A DNA stretch of 64,000 bases from Chrysomallon squamiferum (lineage: Eukaryota > Animalia > Mollusca). The notes under the pieces are model-generated. The model did no database searches. It saw only the letters and a list, made by a program, of their open reading frames with translations, and was not told the origin of the DNA. Shown one piece after another: positions 1 through 14,000 of the stretch. Position 1 is the first letter of the stretch; every line of letters begins with the position of its first letter. The stretch is from NCBI GenBank assembly GCA_012295275.1, contig CM022671.1:3534001-3598000 (forward strand). The letters run 5' to 3'. The translations under genes and the position numbers were made by a program.

Positions 1-268
1 GCTCTACATTTGTAGAACTGGTATATGTTGGTGAATGTCCATATATCTAATTTGTGAAGCACTCACTGTTTTTTCATAAACATATAAATACACAAAATTT
101 ACAAATCATAGTTGATGTATTATAATATATTGTCTTTAATATTTTGTATTCTGTTTACATTTCTTCTTAGGGTTAGGTACTTAGAATTATATTATTATTA
201 GAGAACTTTGTTTTTGAGATGTCCTGCTAATAAAGATAAATTACTTAATCACTGTGTCTATATTTCAG

Positions 269-3200
269 CCTGTCATGACATAGATCAGTGGCCACCCCCC
301 ATCCCAGGAGATACACTGAATCTACCCATAATGGGTACAGTATTACAGGTAATATACTGAATATTCATTCCCATGTTGTGTTCATTACTGGAAACATTAC
401 AGATGGAAAATTATTACATTGTTTTTATTTTGTTGGGTTTCTTCTACCCCTTTCAAGTTGTTTTTACCAGCAAAATATAATTATTTCAGTGTACAGATAT
501 TTCAGATTTATCCTTTTAACTGTGAAGTTAAGTGTCTGTTATAAACCATTTGAATTTTCAGTCTCCAAAGTTGAAATATGTCTTCAAAGATTGTGCTTTA
601 CAAGTACAGAAATTTAGAAAACGGATGCATTGTCTTTTTTAATATAGCACTGAAGCTACCAAACTATTTAACTGAAATATCACTGGCCTAATAAACATGA
701 ATATTTTTCAAAATCGTTCAACACCATCCAGTTTGTAAAATATCTAAAAAAAATTCCCAGTTTTTATTTTTTATCCTAAACATTAAGGAGTCAGTACAGT
801 TTTGTTGTTTAATTTGTTTTTTTATTATTTGAATTTTTGTCTCTTTTTTAAGACACCATTTACTGCTTGGTTTGTTGTTTATGTTTATTTTCAGATTTAG
901 TAAGTTTAGTCATTTGTATTATTTATCAGTTATTAAATCTTTGATTAAATTAAAATGTGAATTTATTTATTTATTTATTTATAACTTATTAAGTGTTGCA
1001 GATCATCAGTAAAAATCTTTATTATTATTAAATCAGATTTTACATGAGATTAAAAAATTTTGATTTAAACATTTAATTATTTCTTTCTGTCAATCCTTAT
1101 TCTTGTAATTCTTTGGATTATCAATGAAATAATTAATGTATTTATTTATTTATTTATTTATTTATTTATTATAACTGTATCTTTTAAGTGGTAAACATAT
1201 ATCATCTGCTAAAAATATTTACTTCCAGATAAAATAATTGCATTAAAATAATATATATATTTCTGTAATTTCCTTTTATTTCTGTGTTTCTTTGTTTATT
1301 GATTGATTGATTGACTGGATGATTGATTGATTGATTGATGGATTATTATTATTTGTTTTTTTGTGTACCTTTTTGTTTTTTGTTTTACCTGCTTGCTTTA
1401 ATTACATTTGGTTTAAAACGTTTGTGTTTTTTCTGTTGCAGTTTTTGTTTATTTGTTATCATGTTTTAGGTTAGGGTTTCCTCTCGTACTGACAAACTAC
1501 TGGGCTTCATTCAGCCCAAAACACAAAGACGGGTAAGATTATCTTGCTTGATAAACACAACCTCATATCGGCCAGGATGCTCTGATTTTCATTTGTCTTC
1601 ATTGAAAGTTCACTTGTGGTGCTGCAAATATATTTGACTGTATCAATTAATTTAATACTTTTCAAGAGCTTTTCATTTTTATTGATTTTTTAACTAACTT
1701 TCATTTTTGTTTTACATAATAATAAAATGGTATCCATGTTATTAACAAGCCTTTGGTACTACCACAGAGATATATAATAAAAGGGGCACATATAATAAAA
1801 TATATTACAGCAATTATTTCTTAGCATTCAGAATTTATCTTTCCCACAATTTTGCAGTTATATTTTTGTAAAGAAAATTTACTGAAGAACCTTACAATTT
1901 TAGGGTAATAATTTAATAAAATAAAATAAACAACAACAAAAAGAAAATATTTCTGACATTTAAATAAGGAATTTTCACATAATTCTAACCCATTATTAGT
2001 ATTACTAATAAAGGAGGTTAGGGTTCCAGATAGATGGAATGCAGTTTGCATGTTTTAAGTGTTTGATGTGTTTTCAGGACTGGCTTGACACTTTTTAATC
2101 ATTTCTAAGTAACACATTAACTATAATTTTAATAATTCACAAGAGACAAAATAAAATAACATTATTATTAGCAAACATTGGTTCCCTAATAATCTAGTAA
2201 AATTGCTTGAAAGCTTATGTAATGTTGTGATGCTATTAAATAGCACGTTATATATTAACTTCAGTTTACTTTATTATATTTCTGTATATGTTTAGTCAGG
2301 TGAAAAATGGACACATCTAATAATATAAGCATTTGAGATATTTAAATTGTTTATTATGCTTGCAATGGTTCTGAAACACATGGTGATGGTAAAAACTGTC
2401 AAGAATACATTTATGTACATTTATTTGATAATAAATTATTTTTATTGCTTTTTATCTTGCTTTGTTGGATTGTATCAGCCTTAACAAACACTGTGGATAT
2501 GAATACATGCCAAAAGCTTACATCTGTTACAAATCTTGTCATTTATTTGCTTACTTATGATGTATACATATTAACATAGTTTGTAGTCTTATTGTAATGG
2601 ATGTATTTATTCATTTCATTTCTAACTTTAATCTGAATTGAAAGGAACTTTTTAAAACTGATTAATTTTTTTAAAAATAAATATTGTATTTTAACATTCT
2701 TTTTTGCTAATATTTTCTGACAGGCAAAAACATTTAAGTTTAAATTTTATCATGTGCAAAAAATCTTTTATTTGTTATTGCTTAAAAGAGTTGTCTTTAA
2801 TTATTATATAATTTTACCAGGAGAAGATGGTGTGGAGCAAATTACAGAACACACCACTAGATGGTTTACTGATATTATATGCATAATTTGAAATAGAGAT
2901 TAACATCCTGGTATCTTAATAAACAAAACAAAAGAGAAATTCCACAATCAGCTGGATATAGACAATAAAGTCTCATTTGGATTATTTTAACATTTTTGTC
3001 GAATACAATGAATTGACAAAAACCTTGTAGTTTAATACTCTTTATTATTAATTTTGATTTATTTATTATTATCTTTTTAATTCTGTTTTCAGCATGATAT
3101 TCCTGCACATACCATTCTTCCATCACTTCACGAAGTGGATATTTACAGGTTTATAATATTGAAAAAAAATCTGTTACCTTTATTTTTCACTGATATTTTT

Positions 3201-6200
3201 CATATTTTTGTGGCCTGTTTTTTTCCTCTTGTCCTTTTATTTTTATTTTTTATTATTATTTTTTTATCTCATAAAATTAAAAAAAATATAACAGAATATA
3301 TGTCATCATTTTTAAAAACACAGAAGTTACTTGTTTCAAGTTACTCCAGTTTAAAATGTCATCCAGTAGACGAGGGACTTTAAATTTTACTAATGTGATA
3401 TATACAACTGTAGAATTTATTTTCAATGTGTTTGATTTTAAATACTGACTCCTATTTTACTGATTTTTTTTATTTTCCAGTGCATTTGAAAGTATCATAA
3501 GTCACGTACAGTTACTGTGGGAACTTGTTCTTATAGCAGAAGTAAGATTTGTTTGTTGTACTTATATACTTGGTTAAATTCACTGGATTCTCTATCCACT
3601 TTTTTTCTATGAGTAGCTGCATTTTTCCCCCTCCTCCTCCTTACTCTGTCTATCCATGTAATTAAATATGTGTTTGTGTATGTGAAATACACTGACATCC
3701 TTCTCACACTATTTAGCTGTGATTTATAATTTTAATTGTGTATATTTATAAATCAAATATTTTAGGTTAAATTTTAATTTTAATACCTGTTCAATCAATA
3801 TTTTTGAATGATTAACACAATCATTCTGAGAATTACACCAACTTATTTTTGACTGATATCCCAATACTCAATATATTTTTATGTATTTAATCATATTCAT
3901 TCATCCATCCTTACGTTCATTTGTTCATTTCTTCTTTTTTCAAAAAATTTCAGCCAATTGTTGTTATGGCAGCATCACCAACAGTAACATCAAATTGTGT
4001 TCAAGCATTGATTAAGTATGAATATTTTAAAAAGTTATCTCAGAAATATTTTATGTCATGTTGCATGATGTTTATATATTACTGAGTTAGTGATATGAAT
4101 TATTAGCTATTGTTATTTCATTAAAACTGTATGTTTTAATAGTCAGTATTGTAATAGTTTTAGACTCAGTCTGTTTTGTTAAGTGCTAATACTCTGTTTT
4201 ATTTATGTTGTACTCAATATGTATTGTAATAATTTTTGGACCTAATCTGTTTTGTCAATTATTAATAGTCAGTACTGTAATATTTTTAGACTTACGTCTG
4301 TTTTCTCAAGCTTTAACAGTATTGTAATAGTTTTTAGACTTAGTCCTAATAGTCTTGTAACCGTTTTTAGATTGTTTTATTGAGTCCTAATACACAGTGT
4401 TTTGAAGGTTTTATACTCAGTATGTATTGAAGTAATTTTGGACTCAGGCAGTTTTGTCAAGTGTTATAACTCAGATTTGTGAAGTTTAAGTACTTAATCT
4501 AAGTAGCAGAATTTAACTTTTCAGCATTTCATATTGTTATTTTTCATTATTTAGTTCTTATATTTTTAGTACACAGTATCTGTTGTTTTTGTTATGGTTT
4601 TGGTTAAATTTTTATTTGTTTATTTATTTATTTATTTTTTTCATTTGTTTATTTATTTATTTAATTTTGACTGCTTAGTCTCTTTATTTATATGATTAAT
4701 AATTATGTTTTGTCACTGTTTTGATGTTGACAGTTTGATAGCTCCGTTGAAGTACTGTTCAGACTTCAGGCCTTACTTCACAATTCATGACAGTGAGTTT
4801 AAAGAGTACACAACGAAAGTACAAGCTCCGTAAGTGTCAACAAAAAATTGTTTTAAAATATTTTAATAAATCAAATGTTTTAAATAAAAAAAATTAATTT
4901 AATATCCATTCAATTAAGATATTTATTATAATTTCATTGTTGTTGTTCAACACACTGTTTGTAAATGGTTCTGCATAGTTTATAAATTTAATATGTTTGT
5001 ATTCTTTTTGTAACGTAATTGTTTCACATTTTGTTTCTTTACTTTTTAATTATTTATTTTATTATTATTTTATTTTAACCTCAATTTCAATAACATTTAA
5101 TCTTTTATATTGTAACCAAAAAATTCAGTTTGAGAAATGTTCTTAATAATTTTATTTATGTATTGCAGGCCTTCTATTATTCTTGGAGTCACAAATCCAT
5201 TCTTTGCAAAGACATTACAACATTGGCCCCACATAATAAGGATAGGAGAGATGGGAGCCATAGGTAAACATTTTTAAATAATTAAAAACATATAGATACA
5301 TATTTATTGGAATAATTTATGCACTCACAAGATTGGCTCATGCTGCAATATTTTCCTTTGTCAAAAAACATGTAACATCTGACAGGTAATATTAAAATAT
5401 TACAGGTGTGTTAAACAGATTAATTAATTCATTCATTTTATCATCAAATCAAACTATATGGATTTATCCTTATGATAAAAACATAATTTCATTTTAAATT
5501 GTATTCAACAGTCACTGGATAAATATTCATTCAGTCATTTCATAAAATTGATTAAAATTAAATATTTTAGTGAATGATATTAGTTTTCAAGTTTTGTAGT
5601 ATTTGTTTTAATTTTAAATTTATTATTTCAGATATTTTCTTTTGTTCTTAATTTATTCTTTTTATTTTCATTTTTGGTTTCTCTTAAGTATGTTTTAAAA
5701 TATAAGATTCTGTTCTGCATTCATAGTTTTACACATACACACACAAACGTGCACGCATACACACATTCTTGCTTTCTTGCACACACATATATACACACAC
5801 ACATTAAAACACTATTCCTTATCCATTTTCTGCTTGTTACATTCAGCTTTGAATCTAATACTGGATTTCTCAAAAATACATTTATTCTCAGAATAGTAAG
5901 TTGAGAGTACTTCTTGACTAATGTTGATGCATTTGTTGAGTTCAGGTGCTGATTTCTAACATTTGTATAATGCTTTAGCAAACACTTATACAGTTAATTA
6001 TAGTTAATTATAATTAACTACACATAATCATTATAGTTTTAAATTTTACTTATTCCATGTGCAAATCCTGTAAAAATTTACTAATTATCTTTGTGATAAT
6101 TACTTAACTGATTTTGAGAACTAAACAAAAATGAATTAATATTCATTATGATGTAATTACACTCATTTTATTATTATTATTATTAGTTTTATTTATTTAT

Positions 6201-9200
6201 TTATTTATTTATTTATTTTTTTTTTTTTTTTTTGATATGCCAAGTATTTTTTCTACTTTACCCTTTGCACAGTTTCAGTAAAATCATGAAAGTACTTTCA
6301 TATTAAAATAGAAAATAAATATAGAAATAGCTGTTACAATTAAATTATTTATTTTGTGTAATTATATTTTTAAAACCCAGTTTAATCTTTAATTTATTGT
6401 TAGACACAGATGAAAGTTTTTATATCTCAAATTTCAAGCACCTTGTGCTCTATCTTGTAATTTATGTTTTATTTATTTATCATCTTGCTATGATTTAAAT
6501 TATATTTTTCATAAATTTAAATCTGGGGTAACAAAAATCTACATACTGTATTTTTACCCATTCATTCCCAAGAGGCTTGATTGATATACATAACATTACC
6601 TTGCACTTCAGGAAATTCACCCAAACCTGCAAACAAGTTAAAGAAAGCTAGCTCCCTGAAAACTCTCGATTCTAAACCAGGTAACTATCTAATCACAACA
6701 TGGTTAATAATTAATAATTGGGTTAACATAGTTAATAACTGTCATTTTTTTATTATTATTATATTTTATTATTATTATTGTTGTTTTTTTGTTGTTGTTT
6801 TTTGTTTTGTTTTTTATTTATTTTATTATAGAATTATTATTAATATTATTATTATTTTATTTTATTTTATTTTTTATTTTATTTATTTCTTTTTTTTAAT
6901 GATGTTTTAAAATAAAAAATAAATTATGTTTTTTATTTTTATACAGGTGAAAATATTTTCCATGACTGAAATTATAAACTTGTGTTTTTCTGGTTCTTGA
7001 CTGTTCACTTAAAAAACAAACAACAACAAACAAACAAAAAAATATCAAAAATTTAATTATTACTCAGAGTTTTTGATGTGTTAGTTTAAAATATTACAAA
7101 TATGCATTTGAAAATCTTGTTATTAATCTGTAAGAATACTGCTACAGCAGTGGAATCATATCTTTATTATACATAATGTGTGTTTGACATGTGATAGCTG
7201 CTCATTTTCCTATAACATAACATGTATTGAAATATTGTTAAATATTCTTACACTTCATCATAATACAAAATATATAGGTATCTGATAGCTTTTAATATTC
7301 ATATAAAAATAAAATGTATAGAGTTATTGTTAAATATCATTTCACTTCATCATAGTATATGGTATCTGGTAGCTGTTAATATTCATATAAATATAAAATA
7401 TATAGAGTTATTGTTAAATATCATTACACTTCATCATAATACAAAATATATGGTATCTGATAGCTGTTAATATTCATATAAAAATAAAATGTATAGAGTT
7501 GTTGTTAAATATCATTACAGGAGTGTACACAAGGTTCAAGTCATTTCTGACTAAGGACAAGGGTATTTTGAAAAGACTTATTAAGGTACGTCACATTGTA
7601 GTCTTCATTATTCAGTAGTACTGGGATAACTTATTAAAACACCTGTTATTAATAATATCACTGTTTTTCTGTGTAGGGAAAACAATTTAAAGCATTCTTG
7701 TTCTGTAAAGTAAAGTTTTATAAACGTTTTATTATTTGAAGAATATAAAGTTCAAAAATAACTTTTATTATCTGAAGAATATAAAGTGAAGTTTTATAAA
7801 TAATTTTTATTATTTGAACAATATAAAATGAAATTTTATAAATAATTTTTATTATCTTAATAGTATAAAAGTAAAATTTATAAATAATTTCAGGGTGCTC
7901 AGACAAAGCGGCCAGTGGAAGCTCAGAATGCCATCTTGAGAAGACATTTTCTAGAACTTACTCAGAGTTTTATGATTCCACTGGTGAGGACATTTTTTCT
8001 TCTTTTTTTTTTTTTACAGCACAATGTAGAAATATTGAAATTTGATTATTACATATTACCATTGATTTGGATAATTTTTGTTTTTTTGTAAACTTGTTTA
8101 TATTTAGCATCAGGTATTTTAACATTTAATGTGTGTGTTATGAAGTTGTTGATGATTTTTTATGATTCCACAGTGAAGATTTCTTTTTGTTCTCTATTCG
8201 TGACATTGTCAAAATACTGAAATTAAATTATACTGAACACATCCTCTTACTAAATAGTACCAATGATATGGATAATTTTTGTTTTATTAAATATTTTCTG
8301 ATTAGTTGTCAGACATTTTAATATTATTATGCATTTGATATGGTTGTTAATATTGTTGCTAGCCCAAAGATTTTTAAATTTAATTTATATTGTTTTTTAT
8401 TTTTTTTATATATCAGGAAAGGTATATGGCAAGTCTAATGCCTCTGCAAAGAAATATATCACCTCATAAGGTAAGTAAATACAGGAAAACAGAAATATTT
8501 AATATTCAGTGTAATTGATTATTTTTTTAAAAGAGTAAAAGAGGAATGAATAGAAATAAAAAGGGATTATCTTGAAAATTCCATCTTTTCAAATAAAAGA
8601 AAACTGTTTGTAAATTTTGTGCAGTATTTATCAAAAATACCAGATGATTTAATCAAAAAGAAAAATTGTGATTAATTGATTATCTTGATTCCATCTCTGA
8701 GTTATGAAAGAGTACTGACAAAAATTTGTTTTAAAAACCTGCTCTATATGTGTTTATCTGTATCTATCTATCTAACTATATACATCTATATCTGTCTGTC
8801 TGTCTGTCTGTATATAGCATAGCCAATAGAATTATGTATATTTTAATAGGCACCTCCACATTTACGACCTTTTGACCCAAATGAGTTTCTGCAGAATATA
8901 GAAACATCAGGTCCACAGCTTACATCAGGCACAAAGGGTGACTGGGAGGGGCTGTACAGGTGAGATTAATCAATGTTAGTTTCTGTACATACGTACAAAA
9001 TGGAAAAAATAGAAAATGGAATGTGTTTATCATCCAGTTTGATAGTTTGATAAATACTGAAATTAGTATTCTGTATGTATTATTATCTGAAGTAAATTTA
9101 AAAAAAAAAAATAGAAAACGAAATATCTGAATTTTGTTTTCAATGATAAAAAATAAATACTAAATATATTCTGTATATATTCTCATTATAACCAATTTTT

Positions 9201-10425
9201 TTATAGCATAACAACAGAATCAACTTGTTTTGAAAAATGAATAAATAAGTAATGTAAAAATTTAAGATAAAAGAATTTTAATTCAAGATTAAAACCCATA
9301 TTGATTTCAAAGAAGCTTTTTGTGTAAAATATTCTAGTATATTTTTGTTAAATAAATTAATACATGCAGTCATAAAAACTAAAGCTAAAAATTAACAAAA
9401 ATATGATAATCTAGTTAAAAAAAAAAAATATTTATTTGTTGTTTTGTTTTTCAACAGGAGATTTTTCCGATCCTCCAACTTTGAGGGTTGGTATAACGAG
9501 AGACAGAAAGATGTAAACCAGAAACTTCAGATTCTTCACATGGAGGTCTTATGCAGTGCAGTAAGTAGACAGCCTCTAGAAACTATAAAAATGGTGAAAC
9601 TGTTGAAATGCACTGAGGTCTGATTCAAGGAATATCTGAACATCCAGTCTCTTCCTTGACTGTCATGTCCTTAAAGGATCAGATTCTGGAATCCTTCTAG
9701 TTCTTAAACTGTGTTCAGTATAACAAATATAAAAAAATAGATTTACAGACATATTTCAAGATACTTCCAAATTATTTTACGTACATTCTGAACTAAATAG
9801 ACATGGTTTTCAAATTACTTTGATGCTTTTTGTGTCTGATGCATACAGTTTTAAGTTATGGGTCTTAATTGTCCTGCATTCTTATTTTTTATTATGCTGT
9901 ATTACAGTTTAAAAATGTGCAGAGCTTTTTTTTTTAATTTAATTTTTTCAAGCAAATACTCATTTTCAGATAGTATTCTTTGTTTTTGTTTTTAGAATCT
10001 TCTTGAATGGATTCAAAACAGAGAGGAGGTGGAAATTGTTGACTTGATATTACGCCTTCGAGAGAAGTTGGTGAGTTGATATTTAACACCACGGTAAATG
10101 TGTAAAATTTTACATACACTGTTAAATTTTTAAAAATTGTTTTTAAAAAAATCAGAATCTTTTTAAATTTAAAGTTACAGATATAATCTTGTAATTTTAT
10201 ATATATTAATTACTATTATTATTATTATTATTTTAAATTCTTTATTTAATATTTCACATAATCTACTTTAACAAAAGAAAATTTCTAATTCTGTTTATTT
10301 TATAGGCGTTTGCATACAACAACCAACTGCTGGTGGCAAAAGACAGCATAGACAAGCTCCAGAGACACGTAGACACAATTTCATCAGCCCTGCCTGAAGA
10401 TTTACAATCAGTTTTAAAAACTTGA
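269..10425 (+). CDS. DENND6: DENN domain-containing protein 6 (FAM116-like Rab GEF), 5'-partial, 15 exons in window
   Basis: Exons 269-348, 1470-1532, 3093-3148, 3481-3541, 3954-4015, 4734-4829, 5169-5263, 6612-6680, 7521-7585, 7894-7983, 8417-8470, 8850-8959, 9458-9560, 9996-10070, 10306-10425 (TGA). All are GT-AG with consistent phases. The translation includes DENND6-typical segments [134 protein letters not shown] and ALPEDLQ. Confidence 0.93.
4130..4490. repeat. Degenerate intronic tandem repeat (agtattgtaatagtttttagactcagtctgttttgtcaag core)
   Basis: About 6-7 diverged copies of the tattgtaat..tttt(a/g)gact core. Confidence 0.7.
7234..7520 (+). repeat. 84-92-bp intronic tandem repeat (3 units plus the start of a 4th) ending at the DENND6 acceptor at 7520
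   Basis: Units start at 7234, 7326, 7410 and 7501 (attgttaaatatcattacacttcatca...tatagagtt). Confidence 0.9.
7713..7893 (+). repeat. About 39-bp degenerate intronic tandem repeat ending at the DENND6 acceptor at 7893
   Basis: Repeated ttttataaataatttttattat(c/t)tgaa-aatataaa units; the last partial unit ends ...taaataatttcag. Confidence 0.8.
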
Positions 10426-10494
10426 TTTTAGTTTGTTTTCACAGATAACTAAAACCGTTTTTATCTCTGAATCTCCAAGCATTGTATTTAACAA

Positions 10495-11040
10495 GGCTCT
10501 CTGTTGAGTGTCAGAACATTGTTTTATGATGGTCTCTGCTGTGTAAGAACATTGTGTTTTATGATCTCACTCCTGAGTGTCAGAACATTGCTTTTAGGCT
10601 CTCTGTTGAGTGTCAGAACATTGTTTTATGATGGTCTCTGCTGTGTAAGAACATTGTGTTTTATGAGGCTCTCTCCTGAGTGTCAGAACATTGTTTTTAG
10701 GCTCTGTCCTGAGTGTCAGAACATTGTTTTTAGGCTCTGTCCTGAGTGTCAGAACATTGTTTTTAGGCTCTGTCCTGAGTGTCAGAACATTGTTTTTAGG
10801 CTCTGTCCTGAGTGTCAGAACATTGTGTTTTATGAGGCTCTCTGCTGTGTCAGAACATTGTGTTTTATGAGGCTCTGTCCTGAGTGTCAGAACATTGTGT
10901 TTTATGAGGCTCTGTCCTGAGTGTCAGAACATTGTGTTTTATGTGACTTTCCATTGAGTTTCGGCACATTGTGTTTTAAGAGAGTACTGAGTTTCATAAC
11001 ATTTTGTCTGATGAGGCTCTCTGCTGAGTGTCAGAATATT
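10495..11040 (+). repeat. 33/38-bp minisatellite (gctctgtcctgagtgtcagaacattgt(g)tttt(atg)ag) just downstream of the DENND6 stop
   Basis: About 14 visible tandem copies of the tgagtgtcagaacattg-like core, starting about 70 nt after TGA. Confidence 0.95.
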
Positions 11041-14000
11041 AGATTCAGGATAGTGTTTTTAAAATGCTCTAAGGAAGAGTGTCACAGGTTTTTATTTCAG
11101 TTAGAATGTCTCAACATTATATTTCCTGTCCTTACTGTCAGACACAATGTCTCTGGTTGAGTGTCCATGTGTGTGTTTCAGAATGCCACTGTCCCCTGTT
11201 TCAGTAATGGTTGCTGGAAACAGTAGTGGTGACATTAAAATAAGTCAATCTATGGGTTAGGCATCCATTACTGACAGTGTTTAAAGGCACAGAGGAGATA
11301 GCACATATCAGCAATTTTAATCAATGTTTTATGTCAAAGAACAAGTTATAGTTATCTAGACTGCTGGTTGATATTTTATTACATTTTTAAAAAGCCTTTT
11401 AGCACTGATCAACTTCAACATGAGCAGACCAAATGCTGCATTATAATGATCTACTTTCAGCATTCAAAATGTTGTCAAATAACAATTTCTGATATTAAGC
11501 TTTCTGAAAGGCCCCTCTGCTGTGGTATGGACTTTTTGTCATTAGGCTGAGATAATCACCATACATAAGTAACTGTATATATCTTAACAGAAACAACAAG
11601 AAATGAAGTTAAATTTGATGCCCTTGCTGAAACACTCTAGCCAAAACACATGTTAATACTTATATTTGCTTCTGGTGCTGCTAAAAGCAGGGACTAAACG
11701 AATGATATGTTACACTCCTCTCCTGTTTAAATATGTAGAATCCACAGTTTGTGAAGTTCATCAGAATGTCGTAGATTTAACTTGTGACTGTCTTTCCATA
11801 AAACATGTTGAAATTTATCCAAAAAAAAATTGAAATTACATTTTCAGCTCTGTTAAGGAGGCAGAAACTGCCATGACTTCTTTCTCATTTTGATGATAAA
11901 ATTTAACACTTCCTACAATTACAAATGGCACCAGGGTATATAAATAATTAATTATGTTGTCTAACAGTTGATGGTATCCTCTAGTTCTTAGCAATGTCAG
12001 GATAACATGTGCTTCAAGATCCATGACTGAAATATTTGGAACTTTATTACTTTCTGCCACTTTATTTACTCCAGAATATTGTACTAAACACTAATGAATA
12101 TCGCACTATTACAACTGTTATATCCAGAGTCTAATATAAGCAGTTTAGCGACATTAGCTATAGTTCAGGTGTCTGAAATATTTGGCCAGTCAGAATTGAG
12201 AGGACTATTAATATAGGTTATTAGAAGCTGTTTAATTGTGCACAGGGAATAATTTTATTAAAAAAGATATTGAAAAATTGATATTATTTTCAGATAACTA
12301 GTCATATCAGTGTAAACTAAACAAAGAACTGGCTTTAAAGTGTTTTGTTTGAATATGTTTTAGTATAGAAAAAGCAAAAATTAAACATAACAGTAAAAAG
12401 TGCATTGTTTGAATGTGTTTTTTTTCTTTTTTCTTTTTTTTTCTTTTTTTTTTCCTATGAAAAAAGAACTGAAAATTAAAATGTTTTTAATTTTTGGTTT
12501 ATTTAGAAAAAAGTTAATTGTCGGTGATGATTAAATACTAAATAAAATAGTGATTTCTGTTTAACATGTATGCATATATATGTTAAATCATGCAAAAATT
12601 GTTCAGTGTTGAACTGATTTCAGATATTATGTTAAATGTATAAATGTGAAAAATTTCTGCCAAAAGATACATTTATATTAATTCAAGGGAGATAATTGGA
12701 TATGCAGAGGGAACACCCATTTATTTCTGAAGGGAGATAATTAGATAACTTGATTATATTAATACAAAGGAGAAAACAGGAACTATTATATGTAAGACTG
12801 CTGTATAAAATTTTTAATTCACTCATCTTATTTTTTTAAATTCATTTGATATTTTTCTTTTTTCCATGACATTCAATTTAAGTGATTACAATTTTACATT
12901 AAACAAAAGTTTAAAAAAATCATAGAATTGTTTTAACAGATTATAGCTGACTTTTATTTAAAAAGTAATAAAATGTATCTCACCATTTTCTTCATTTATT
13001 ATACATTACCAAATTCTGCAGATTTATCATGTTTCATTGTTTGCAGATAATGTGTGTGTGTGTAAAAAATTTAGATACTATATCCTTATTTTCATAAATG
13101 CATGGAAACATAAACTTGCATCAATGGATGTTGAATTTAAGAACAGCTAAAGTTGTGACTTGATGGTAAGTTAATTCAGAAACAGTTGACCTAATACCTT
13201 GTTTTTATGCCTGTGAATATTTCCTTCAAATCATCTGTGACCTTAATACTATATTTTGCTTCCCTATGTGCCACTGTGAATATATTTTTATTATTATATT
13301 GTTGTTTTTAATCTGTATGTAAATTGTTTTATAAAGAATTTTAAACTCTATTTTAATACATAAGAATACTCTGTCAACTTTATTCACTTACATTATGTAT
13401 AAGATTTCTGTTAAATTGGTTCATTTAAGATGAAGTAGTATGTATTCAAACATCGATACTGAACTTTTCAGATTATTTTTTTGTGGTATACCTCTTTTAG
13501 TGTACTTAAATTTCTTTATCTTTTTTATTATTATTATTTGTTTGTTTTTTTGGCTTCACACATGTTTTAATAAAAATATATTAGTTACATGACATTTGAG
13601 TGTAAATATAAACAAAACAAAAATAATGGCTAGTGAAATCAGTTCCAGAAATTTGTTTTATATAAAAATGCATTAAGAATAATAATTTGTTAGATTTGAA
13701 ATGTGTTGCATTCAAACAGAAATGACAACATTAGAATCATCCATACAAACTCATCATGGACAGATTATCATTTAAAAACTGAATCAGAAAGTTTAATTAT
13801 CTCAGAATTTTAAGTTCTTTAACTTTGAATTTTTTATTTATTCCAGATGGGGTTTTTTTCAGTGCAAACACACAGAGAATGCAAATGTGCACACCCATTC
13901 TGACAGATGCACAAACTCTGAGCTACATTAAAACTGTCATAAATTTACAAGTGACCAACAAATGAGCTGTCATCATTTTATATCTTTTGCTTTTTGTTCT

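Noticed and set aside
10504-11160. ORFs with repeated RLCPECQNIVF (zinc-finger- or metallothionein-like CxxC)
   Set aside because: This is the translation of a 33/38-bp minisatellite. The 38-bp units change frame, the starts are non-ATG, and it lies in the DENND6 3' UTR.
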